From a virus (Duplodnaviria > Caudoviricetes): DNA of 64,000 nucleotides. Numbering within the stretch: position 1 is the stretch's first letter; each line of letters begins with the position of its first letter. The notes under the pieces are model-generated. The model did no database searches and was not told the DNA's origin. It saw nothing but the letters and a program-made list of their open reading frames with translations. Where the stretch lies: positions 1,047-65,046 of IMG/VR virus record IMGVR_UViG_3300021502_000037; one strand, 5' to 3'. This document shows positions 56,289-64,000 of the stretch, piece by piece. The position numbers and the translations under genes were made by a program.

Positions 56289-57293
56289 ATGAATTTAGTT
56301 TTAGTAGGGTTAGGTTATTGGGGTCCAAATTTACTACGGACATTTAATAGTTTGGGATCTGTGTACGCTGCAGTAGATAATAATATTGATAGACTCAATA
56401 AGTTTAGTAGTGACCCTGTTTATAATGGTATCAAATTTGAAGAAAGTTGGAATAAATTTCTTACAGATGATAAAGTCGATGGGTTTATTATAGCAACACC
56501 ACCTAATACTCATTATGAGATAGCTATGGCTGCTATATTAAGCAACAAACATATATTTATAGAGAAACCCATGGCTCTAGATCCAGAAGAAGCAGCTACT
56601 ATAGTAGAAGCCGCCGCTTTAAGGGATTTGGTAGTTATGGTAGGACATATATTTTTATACAGCCCAGAAATTATTAAACTTAAAGGAGTAATTACTTCCA
56701 AGGAGTTTGGTGATGTACAATATATTTACACACACCGTCTTAATTTGGGTAAAGTTCAGAGACCAGTTAATGTAGTAGATGATTTGGCTCCTCACGATAT
56801 AAGTATTTTAGATTACCTGTTGGGGGAGCAATGTACAGCTGCACAGGTTACAGCCGAGTCACATGTTATCGACACTGAGGATGTAGCTTTTGTTAATTTA
56901 AAGTATAATGATGTTCTTTGTCATTTACATCTAAGTTGGTTGGACCCGTTGAAGATTAGAAATATTGTTGTTGTCGGCACAAGGCAGATGGTGGTGTGTG
57001 ATTCTATGAATAAGACAATTAATATTTATAATACAGGTATAGATGTTGCTAAAGCTGAAAGTGAGATGAGTGAGTCATACTCAAATTATCTTATGACTTA
57101 CAGGTATGGTGATACTCTTATTCCACATATAGAAAATTTTGAGCCTATGAAAACCGAATGTAAAGACTTCATTGATTGTATAGAAAGCGGTAATGTGCCT
57201 ATATCCTCAGGTAGAGTTGGCCAATCAGTAGTTAATACTTTAAATATTATTCGTAAATCTTTGTGTAGTGGTGGTGGGTGGGTGTCCTTATGA
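56289..57293 (+). CDS. Gfo/Idh/MocA NAD-dependent oxidoreductase (sugar-nucleotide dehydrogenase-like)
   Basis: VGLGYWG, IATPPNTH, IEKP, VGH, DLAPHDI. Confidence 0.9.
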   Translation: MNLVLVGLGYWGPNLLRTFNSLGSVYAAVDNNIDRLNKFSSDPVYNGIKFEESWNKFLTDDKVDGFIIATPPNTHYEIAMAAILSNKHIFIEKPMALDPEEAATIVEAAALRDLVVMVGHIFLYSPEIIKLKGVITSKEFGDVQYIYTHRLNLGKVQRPVNVVDDLAPHDISILDYLLGEQCTAAQVTAESHVIDTEDVAFVNLKYNDVLCHLHLSWLDPLKIRNIVVVGTRQMVVCDSMNKTINIYNTGIDVAKAESEMSESYSNYLMTYRYGDTLIPHIENFEPMKTECKDFIDCIESGNVPISSGRVGQSVVNTLNIIRKSLCSGGGWVSL

Positions 57294-58117
57294 TCTCAGC
57301 ACACCTCATAACACACCAATGTGTTATTTTAGACTATTGTCTTGAAGCAACTATACGTTGTATGATGGATTTGTGTGATGACATTTATATAAATGATGGA
57401 CAGTCTGATGATGGTACACAAGATATACTTTATACTTTGCGGAACGAATATGGAAAAGACCGTGTAAAAATCTTTGTGCGTGATTGGCAACATAATAGGA
57501 GTATGTGGGCGAACGAAAAAAATTTTATACTTGACAAAATACCAAATGATACTTATATTTTAGCTATTGACGCTGACGAAGTTATACATGAAGATGAAAT
57601 GGGGTTAATTAAGACGGCGGTAAAATTAAAAACTAACTCAATAGCATTTGACGTTATTCATTTTTATGGAAGGCCTACACACCATATAGTAGGCCCAGCG
57701 TGGTATAAACAACATACAAGGTTGTGGCATCGTTCTACAGGGATTAGATTGGTGCACAGAGAACGCGGTTGTGCCGATGATGTTTTGTGGCCGGATGGTT
57801 ATCCAGCTCATATGGGAAGGTTTTTAAATTGTGGAGCAAAGCTTTATCATTACGGCAATTGTAGAGATCCAAAGGCTTTAGGGATGAAAGCTAAAAAAGC
57901 AGATGATCTTTACCAATATAGTACTGAGTATAGTGGTGGTAAATTGGCAAAACCAAGATCATTTACATATGCTTTTGACTCTACTGGAGCAATACCCTTC
58001 ACCGGTTCACAACCTAAGTATATAAAAGAGTGGTATGAGGCACATAAGAGCCAACAAACAAGTTATGATGTCAGAGATGGAAAGCAAAACAAACTTTGGT
58101 GTTTTGAGGAGAATTAA
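57278..58117 (+). CDS. GT2-family glycosyltransferase
   Basis: NDGQSDDGT, IDADE, YHYG. Confidence 0.85.
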   Translation: MGVLMISAHLITHQCVILDYCLEATIRCMMDLCDDIYINDGQSDDGTQDILYTLRNEYGKDRVKIFVRDWQHNRSMWANEKNFILDKIPNDTYILAIDADEVIHEDEMGLIKTAVKLKTNSIAFDVIHFYGRPTHHIVGPAWYKQHTRLWHRSTGIRLVHRERGCADDVLWPDGYPAHMGRFLNCGAKLYHYGNCRDPKALGMKAKKADDLYQYSTEYSGGKLAKPRSFTYAFDSTGAIPFTGSQPKYIKEWYEAHKSQQTSYDVRDGKQNKLWCFEEN

Positions 58118-58122
58118 ATGAA

Positions 58123-58187
58123 CAGTTTTAGAACCACAGTCACAAAATGGTGCTTAGTGTTGTTTGGGGGTACTCGATGAGTATCAA
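58123..58187 (+). mobile_element. 65-bp minimal derivative of the ATGAA-targeting IS200/IS605 element
   Basis: ATGAA|CAGTTTTAGAACCACAGT...GGTACTCGATGAGTATCAA matches both ends of the 51121-51600 element. Confidence 0.78.
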
Positions 58188-59070
58188 GTTGGCTGTAGGT
58201 ATACCGGTCTATAATGATAGTGTATTTATAGAACGTAGTGTCCAGAATTGTATAGATATGGGGTATGATTACGTTGTGTATTTAGACGACGGTAGCACAG
58301 ACGATTCGTTTGATAGGTTGGTAGAGCTTACTAGAGGCCATTCACATATAGACATATTGAGGAGAAAAGAGAACAGTGTGTCAAGCAATAGTGGTAACCG
58401 TTGGGAAATAGTTGCTGAACAGTGTAGGACAGTTAATCCTGATTGGATAATGACAAGAGCAACTGATGAGGTACTATCTCACAATGCAAAGGGTGTTTTA
58501 CGAGAAAAAATAGACGCCTTAAATTCCTTTGGTGTTAATATGGTAGTTTTTAACTATATACATCTATGGAGGTCTGAGTGGTGGTATAGAGTGGATAGTT
58601 TTTGGGGGGGCCACCACACAATATGTATGTGGAAGAATGATACTGGTTGGAAGTTTAAATTCGGTAGCGGAATACATTTAGGAGCACATCGTCCTAATAG
58701 TTTAGAGGTTAAGAATATTGTACACAATATTAATGGTTCTGACTCGAAAGATATTGTTGTGGTTCATTATGGCATGTCTTCACATGATTTGTTGGCACGT
58801 AAGTTGGATTATCAGATAAGTACTTCTCTTAAGATAGGAAAGAGAGCGGCTGGAATGTCTATAACTATCCCACATCCTTCTGGTTGGCAACATATTAATG
58901 GGTATAAAGCTGCTTACGAAGAAAATGTAAATTTAGAAAAAGTTAATCAGAAATGGTTTAGTGAACCTATTCCAGATGTCCCAGCCCCAGAAATAAAATC
59001 TCTTTATAAAGTTGTTAATAAACATAGCGTTCGTATTGCAGATGAATATGCAAAAATTTATGGGAGGTAA
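58177..59070 (+). CDS. GT2-family glycosyltransferase
   Basis: IPVYN, LDDGSTD, TDE, HYG. The start MSI comes from the element. Confidence 0.85.
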   Translation: MSIKLAVGIPVYNDSVFIERSVQNCIDMGYDYVVYLDDGSTDDSFDRLVELTRGHSHIDILRRKENSVSSNSGNRWEIVAEQCRTVNPDWIMTRATDEVLSHNAKGVLREKIDALNSFGVNMVVFNYIHLWRSEWWYRVDSFWGGHHTICMWKNDTGWKFKFGSGIHLGAHRPNSLEVKNIVHNINGSDSKDIVVVHYGMSSHDLLARKLDYQISTSLKIGKRAAGMSITIPHPSGWQHINGYKAAYEENVNLEKVNQKWFSEPIPDVPAPEIKSLYKVVNKHSVRIADEYAKIYGR

Positions 59071-59072
59071 AT

Positions 59073-59684
59073 ATCAAACCTTATTTTATACACCCAACAG
59101 CTGTTGTGGAAACTGTAAAGATAGGAGCAGGTACTTATATAGGGCCTTACACTTATATATCAGATAGGGTAACTATAGGTAAGAATTGTAAGATATACAA
59201 TGCCTCAATAGGCCTCTCTGGTGAACACCCAAACGCCCATGAAGATTGTGGTGGCGTGGTAGTTATTGGTAACAATGTAGAAATTCGTGAATATGTAACC
59301 ATTAATGCCCCGATATTTGGAGAAGTTACTAAAGTAGATGACGGTTGTTATCTTATGGCTAAGTCACATGTAGGGCATGATGCACATCTAAAAGAGCGTG
59401 TTGTGTTACATACAGGTTCTGTTATAGGTGGTCATTCTGTAATAGGAAAGTATTGCTATATGGGACTTAATTGTTCGACTCACCCTTACGCTGTTTTAGG
59501 TGACTATTGTATAGTAGGAGCCAACGGTGTATACAAAGGGGAATCCCCATCAGCTATAGTGTGGGCTGGTGTCCCTTGTAAACCATTGAAAACAAATGTT
59601 GTTGGTATTGATAGGCATGCCAAGAAGGAAGAAAAATTAGTACTTATTGAAGCTTGTCAAAGGTTTCTTGGGGGGAACATTTGA
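59073..59684 (+). CDS. Left-handed beta-helix acyltransferase (LpxA-like)
   Basis: Hexapeptide repeats, IGNNVEIREYVTI, HVGHD, WAGVP. The frame extends upstream through FIHPTAVV to an ATC located 5 nt after GGAGG. Confidence 0.82.
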   Translation: MKPYFIHPTAVVETVKIGAGTYIGPYTYISDRVTIGKNCKIYNASIGLSGEHPNAHEDCGGVVVIGNNVEIREYVTINAPIFGEVTKVDDGCYLMAKSHVGHDAHLKERVVLHTGSVIGGHSVIGKYCYMGLNCSTHPYAVLGDYCIVGANGVYKGESPSAIVWAGVPCKPLKTNVVGIDRHAKKEEKLVLIEACQRFLGGNI

Positions 59685-59685
59685 T

Positions 59686-60424
59686 ATGCAGCGATTAATA
59701 TTAACTGGCCCATCTATATGTGGAATAACTATTACAAGTAGTGTATTAACCACTCATGCTGATATATGTGTGACTAATGAGTTAAGAACTTATATGCATG
59801 CACCTAATAATGACCATGCTATATCTATTTATAATAATATAAAAATAAGAATCTTAATTTTTTCAATCTATCGGCGGATATTGATTTTGAATTTATAAAG
59901 TATTTGGATTTATTACCGTCAAAGAAAAGAATATTGAAATTAGAAGAGGTGATTTTTAATAATAGTTATAGTTTTTTTGGAGATAAGGGTATTTTTAATC
60001 CAGGAGCTAAGCTATTACACGAAAACAATTTAGATTTTATATTAATAATTATATATAGAGACCCTAGAGATGTGGTCAGTAGTGTGGTACGCCAATATCC
60101 AAGTTCTCATTTTGGTTACAATAGTAATGATCCTAATGTAATATATAGAATTTGGTCAGAATGGTTAACAGAGATGATAACTATAGGCAATGATTATGCT
60201 ACTAAAAGTTTAATTATTCGATTTGAAGACTATATAGAAAATCCTGGTCTTAATGGTACCAAGATAAATTCTTTTTAGGAATTTCAGGGATGGGTCTAAT
60301 AGAAAAACAGTTAATTAACTACAAAACCGCCCACAAAGTGTATTATAAACATCTTTGTGCTGATTGGCAAAAAACTTTTTCAAAAAAGGCTATAAGATTG
60401 ATGAAAGAATTACATTATACATAA
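59686..60424 (+). pseudogene. Frameshifted sulfotransferase
   Basis: Degenerate PAPS loop (LTGPSICGIT), L..H..I...NE, FGDK, YRDPRDVVSS, RFED...NP and terminal LMKEL.Y are spread over three frames. Confidence 0.7.
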
Positions 60425-60445
60425 TTTATACTGGAGGAATTTTCA

Positions 60446-61156
60446 ATGACTGAAAAAATAAAAGGTATCTGGATGCCCCCGCATTACAAGTTTTATCAAA
60501 AGCCAGATGAATATAGACAAGCTTTACGTGTTATAGTTGAGTCTCTAGACGAAGCCGACCTACCGTATTTTATTTACGGTGGATTGTTGTTGGGTTGGTG
60601 CAGAGATGCTGAGTTCATTTCTTGGGATAATGATATAGATATTGCAATAAGAGACCAAGATTTGGATAAGTTCGAAAGAGTAGTTGATATAATAAGAGAC
60701 AAGGGGTTTAAGATAAATCCTTATTACGACGGAAGAGATTCTATAGTGTCTTTTGAGCAAGGCCCATATAGATTAGGGCCTTTAGTGGATAAAGATAGAT
60801 GTAGAATTTATGTGGTTGATGGTGTTAAGGAAGTTATAATAAACAGCGGTCCGCGTTCTTGTTATTTCAAACCTTTTGATATTAAAGTGGAAATAAATGT
60901 ATTTTATAAAATAAATAATAGTTATTATTGGATTATAGAGGATCCTACTGAACCTAAAATAACTACATACGTTTTACCGGCAGCTAACATAGATAACCTA
61001 ACTACATTTTTATATGACAATAAGAATTATTCTATACCCAGCAATCCGGAACAAATTTTAGAATTACATTTTGGCAAAGGGTGGGCTATTCCAAAAAGCG
61101 ATGATTCTACTTGTAACCATATGTATGAAAATAAACAAGGAATAGTATTGAAATGA
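60446..61156 (+). CDS. LicD-family phosphotransferase
   Basis: GGLLLGW.R...FI.WD.DIDI and P.NPE..L...FG..W..P. Confidence 0.85.
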   Translation: MTEKIKGIWMPPHYKFYQKPDEYRQALRVIVESLDEADLPYFIYGGLLLGWCRDAEFISWDNDIDIAIRDQDLDKFERVVDIIRDKGFKINPYYDGRDSIVSFEQGPYRLGPLVDKDRCRIYVVDGVKEVIINSGPRSCYFKPFDIKVEINVFYKINNSYYWIIEDPTEPKITTYVLPAANIDNLTTFLYDNKNYSIPSNPEQILELHFGKGWAIPKSDDSTCNHMYENKQGIVLK

Positions 61157-61584
61157 CTAATATTGTAGGATATACAACTGGTGTGTTTGATTTATTTCAT
61201 GTGGGCCACTTAAACTTATTGAGAAATGCTAAGAGTATGTGTGATAAACTTGTGGTGGGGGTTACTGTGGATGAATTGACTTACTACAAAAATAAAAAAT
61301 CAGTTATACCTTTTGAAGAAAGATTAAAGATAGTGGAAGCTATTAGTTATGTAGATTTAGTAATACCTCAACGGGAAATTGATAAAGTAGCTGCATGGCA
61401 TAAACTAAAATATAATATTTTATTTGTTGGTGATGATTGGTATGGTACAAAGAAATGGCAGATTATGGAATTAAAACTTAAAGATTATGGGGTCAAGGTA
61501 GTATATTTTCCTTATACTAAAGGTACCTCTTCTACTCTAATAAATGAACTTTTAATTAAGCTAAGAGGTGATGATGGTGTTTAA
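61153..61584 (+). CDS. tagD: Glycerol-3-phosphate cytidylyltransferase-like
   Basis: GVFDLFHVGHLNLL, GDDW, YTKGTSST. Confidence 0.88.
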   Translation: MTNIVGYTTGVFDLFHVGHLNLLRNAKSMCDKLVVGVTVDELTYYKNKKSVIPFEERLKIVEAISYVDLVIPQREIDKVAAWHKLKYNILFVGDDWYGTKKWQIMELKLKDYGVKVVYFPYTKGTSSTLINELLIKLRGDDGV

Positions 61585-62596
61585 TTCATTTTGTTTAAAT
61601 TCATATTTAACATTCAGATATATCCCGAAATCTGGCATTGAGTGGTTGCCTGGAGTTAAGTCACTTGTTATTGATGATCAGACGGGCACTGTCCCAGTTA
61701 GTTCTTCTGAAGATATATATGCTTTTTTAGAGGAAGATATAAAAATTACAATCAAGAACCGTTCGCCGGGAATTCTTTTGAGTAGTGGTATAGATTCTGC
61801 TATATTAGCTTCTTTTCTACCGTCAGGCACTCCTGCTTATACTATTCGATTTGAAGCTGAAGGAGCTATTGACGAAAGTCAGATGGCCTCTGAATACGCA
61901 GGTTTATATAACTTAGATCATAAAGTTATAGATGTTAGGTGGGAAGATTACGAAAAGTATATGGACAATTTGATGCTGGTTAAAGGAGCCCCTCTGCATG
62001 CGGTTGAGGTTGGTTTGTTTAAAGCGTCTAGAGAGTTTACAAGTGCCGGAGTAGACTTAATTATAGTAGGTAACGGTGCCGATTCAACTTTTGGCGGTCT
62101 GGATAAACTTCTTTCCGTAGATTATACTTGCGCAGAGTTTATTGAAAGATATACATTTGTATCCCCCAACGATGTTCTTAAAGACGTAGTTGATTTATCT
62201 TATATATTTGAGGACTATATCACACACGAGAAGTTTAATACTGTAAGGTTTCTAAAAACCGTACACGGGTTAGGCATTGTTCAAGCGTTTGGTAATGCTT
62301 TGGGTTTAAATACGTATGAACCTTATGAAAAATTAATATTATCTGGGCCACTGGATATAAATAAAATACGATCTGGACAGAGTAAATATGTTCTTCGTGA
62401 GTTATTCAATCGAAGATTTCCTAAGTTTCAAATCCCAGAAAAGATAGCTTTTGCTAGGCCAATGGATTTGTGGTTAGAAGGTTGGACCGGCCCAGTTAGA
62501 GAAGAGTTTTTGGATAACATAGATATATCTAAGTTTACTGGAGATCAGAAATGGTTAATTTATTGTTTAGAGAGGTTTATGAATATTAATGAGTAA
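61568..62596 (+). CDS. Asparagine synthase C-terminal-domain-like ATP pyrophosphatase
   Basis: LLSSGIDS PP-loop, G.GAD..FGG, KYVLR..F. No glutaminase domain. Confidence 0.78.
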   Translation: MMMVFNSFCLNSYLTFRYIPKSGIEWLPGVKSLVIDDQTGTVPVSSSEDIYAFLEEDIKITIKNRSPGILLSSGIDSAILASFLPSGTPAYTIRFEAEGAIDESQMASEYAGLYNLDHKVIDVRWEDYEKYMDNLMLVKGAPLHAVEVGLFKASREFTSAGVDLIIVGNGADSTFGGLDKLLSVDYTCAEFIERYTFVSPNDVLKDVVDLSYIFEDYITHEKFNTVRFLKTVHGLGIVQAFGNALGLNTYEPYEKLILSGPLDINKIRSGQSKYVLRELFNRRFPKFQIPEKIAFARPMDLWLEGWTGPVREEFLDNIDISKFTGDQKWLIYCLERFMNINE

Positions 62597-63878
62597 TGTA
62601 TCTATCATAAAAACAAAAGATGAATATCCTAATTCTATATTAGAAGATAATACACACATCCATAAAGCAATGCTTAAAGGTTTTGAACTTTTAGGCTATG
62701 ATGTATCTAATCCTTTAGGACATATAGTAAAACCAGGAAACCGTGTATTTATAAAGCCTAATTTTGTTGTTGATGTTTATAGGGCTTCCTGTTCAATGGT
62801 TGGTGATATATATTCAGTTATAACACACCCTTCAGTTATCAAAGCCGTAGTTGATTTTGTAGCTATAGCTTTAAATGGTAAAGGGGAAATTATAGTCGGT
62901 GATTGCCCTTCCATTGACGCTGACTTTGAAAATCTTATGTGTGTAACTGGATTAGAGGCGTTAATGGGTAGGTATGATGTCCCTATAAAATTTTTTGATC
63001 TTCGTAATGAGTGGTGTGATGATCTTAAATATTATGGTTTTAAATCTAAAATGAAAAAACTTTCTGGCGATCCTGAAGGTTCTTCTATCTTAAATCTTGG
63101 TAAAAGATCTCTTTTTTATAGAGATAATCCTTTACTTTTTAGAGGTATATACACAAAGAGATGGGGTACTATAAAACACCACTTGTTTAATAAGCATGAA
63201 TATAGTGTTTCTAACACTATGTTAAATTCTGATGTGTTTATATCAATTCCAAAACTTAAAACTCACCGTAAAGTGGCAGCCACTTTAAATATAAAGGGGT
63301 TAGTTGGGATAAATACTGATAAGAACTTTTTAATACACTGGAAGATAGGATGCCCGTCGTTAGGTGGGGATGAGTGGTATAACCCAAGTGGTTTACGTGG
63401 ATACATGTCTTTAATTTTTAAACATATAATAAACGATTTAACACCGGAAAGTCTTTATTTTCTATTAAGAACCAAAACAAATTTAAGTATGCTCAATACA
63501 GAGGTATCGCCGTGTGGTCACAAACACAGAGGTTCTGGAGAAAAAAATGAAACTTGTTGGAAGATGGCGGCTGATTTATATAAAGTATTTATTGAGGATA
63601 GAAAATCTACCACAAAGTTTTTTTCAATAGTTGATGGTATCACTTCTGGTGAGGGTAATGGGCCGTTTTGTCCTACTAGCCGACAAGACGGCGTGTTGGT
63701 GATGGGAGAAGACTTGGTAGAGGTTGATTGTGCTTCTGTAAAGTTGATGGGATTTGCTCCAGCAGAGGTTGGATATTTGAAGTATTTCCTTAATGGTAAT
63801 TATGACGTAGATACTTCTTATTATCCTAAGAAAGTTGAACTTAATTTTAAAGCACCAGAAGGGTGGAAAAGTTTATGA
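62589..63878 (+). CDS. DUF362 family protein
   Basis: VFIKPN.V, THP, ISIPKLKTH, T..IK..VG, IVDGI..GEG.GP. Confidence 0.8.
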   Translation: MSNVSIIKTKDEYPNSILEDNTHIHKAMLKGFELLGYDVSNPLGHIVKPGNRVFIKPNFVVDVYRASCSMVGDIYSVITHPSVIKAVVDFVAIALNGKGEIIVGDCPSIDADFENLMCVTGLEALMGRYDVPIKFFDLRNEWCDDLKYYGFKSKMKKLSGDPEGSSILNLGKRSLFYRDNPLLFRGIYTKRWGTIKHHLFNKHEYSVSNTMLNSDVFISIPKLKTHRKVAATLNIKGLVGINTDKNFLIHWKIGCPSLGGDEWYNPSGLRGYMSLIFKHIINDLTPESLYFLLRTKTNLSMLNTEVSPCGHKHRGSGEKNETCWKMAADLYKVFIEDRKSTTKFFSIVDGITSGEGNGPFCPTSRQDGVLVMGEDLVEVDCASVKLMGFAPAEVGYLKYFLNGNYDVDTSYYPKKVELNFKAPEGWKSL

Positions 63879-63879
63879 A

Positions 63880-64000
63880 CAGCTTTAGAGCCGCAATCCC
63901 AGAAGGGTCTTCGGGGTTAGGCTCTTGACAAATGAAATTTAATGTTTATTATTAATTTAAAAGGAAAATTTATGATAACAAGAGAACTAAAATTACAATT
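63880..64000 (+). mobile_element. Third copy (left end) of the ATGAA-targeting IS200/IS605 element; tnpB begins at 63972 and runs off the window
   Basis: Near-identical to 51121-51241. Preceded by ATGAA whose TGA is the DUF362 stop codon. Confidence 0.88.

Noticed and set aside
57531-57559. Intragenic TTGACA-N17-TATATT
   Set aside because: It matches the consensus but lies within a GT coding region and can arise by chance in AT-rich DNA, so it is not called without transcript data.
29-60760. Short minus-strand ORFs and nested plus-strand ORFs in the ORF track (e.g. 33097-33762, 24956-25156, 45737-45937)
   Set aside because: Almost all lie inside longer plus-strand genes, have no recognisable motifs, and look like antisense shadows of AT-rich codons.
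1-64000. CRISPR array or cas operon (prompted by the Cas4-like nuclease at 43643)
   Set aside because: No regularly spaced repeats were seen. The nuclease lies in a replication operon and is a common standalone phage exonuclease.
1-64000. Stop-codon reassignment
   Set aside because: Genes are long and tightly packed in the standard code, and TAA, TAG and TGA all end genes at sensible boundaries.

Overview
AT-rich (roughly 30% GC by eye), gene-dense window with essentially all real genes on the + strand and the standard genetic code. It is best read as part of a large tailed-phage genome with a bacterial host; no capsid or terminase gene is visible, so this is inference. It has three blocks. 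(1) About 1-32.6 kb: very large putative virion, tail and adhesin proteins, some with beta-propeller or lectin-like features, interrupted by two free-standing endonucleases. (2) About 32.7-45 kb: replication and recombination genes (beta clamp, RecA, DnaB, primase, DnaJ, RuvC, PD-(D/E)xK exonuclease) under TTGACA-N16/17-TATATT-type promoters. (3) About 45.7-64 kb: a glycan-modification island (5 glycosyltransferases, methyl-, acetyl- and sulfotransferase, oxidoreductase, LicD, TagD, AsnB-like, DUF362) plus a ThyX-like gene and three inteins. The top finding is two distinct IS200/IS605-type elements (4 insertions) that all sit in the start codon of a gene. Wherever the right end is visible it rebuilds an in-frame ATG, and a 65-bp minimal copy keeps a translational-coupling peptide. 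Other notable findings are two non-canonical tRNA-Gly(ACC)-like RNAs and a T-x-S-G motif enriched in the putative virion proteins, a candidate glycosylation sequon for the phage's own glycosyltransferases.
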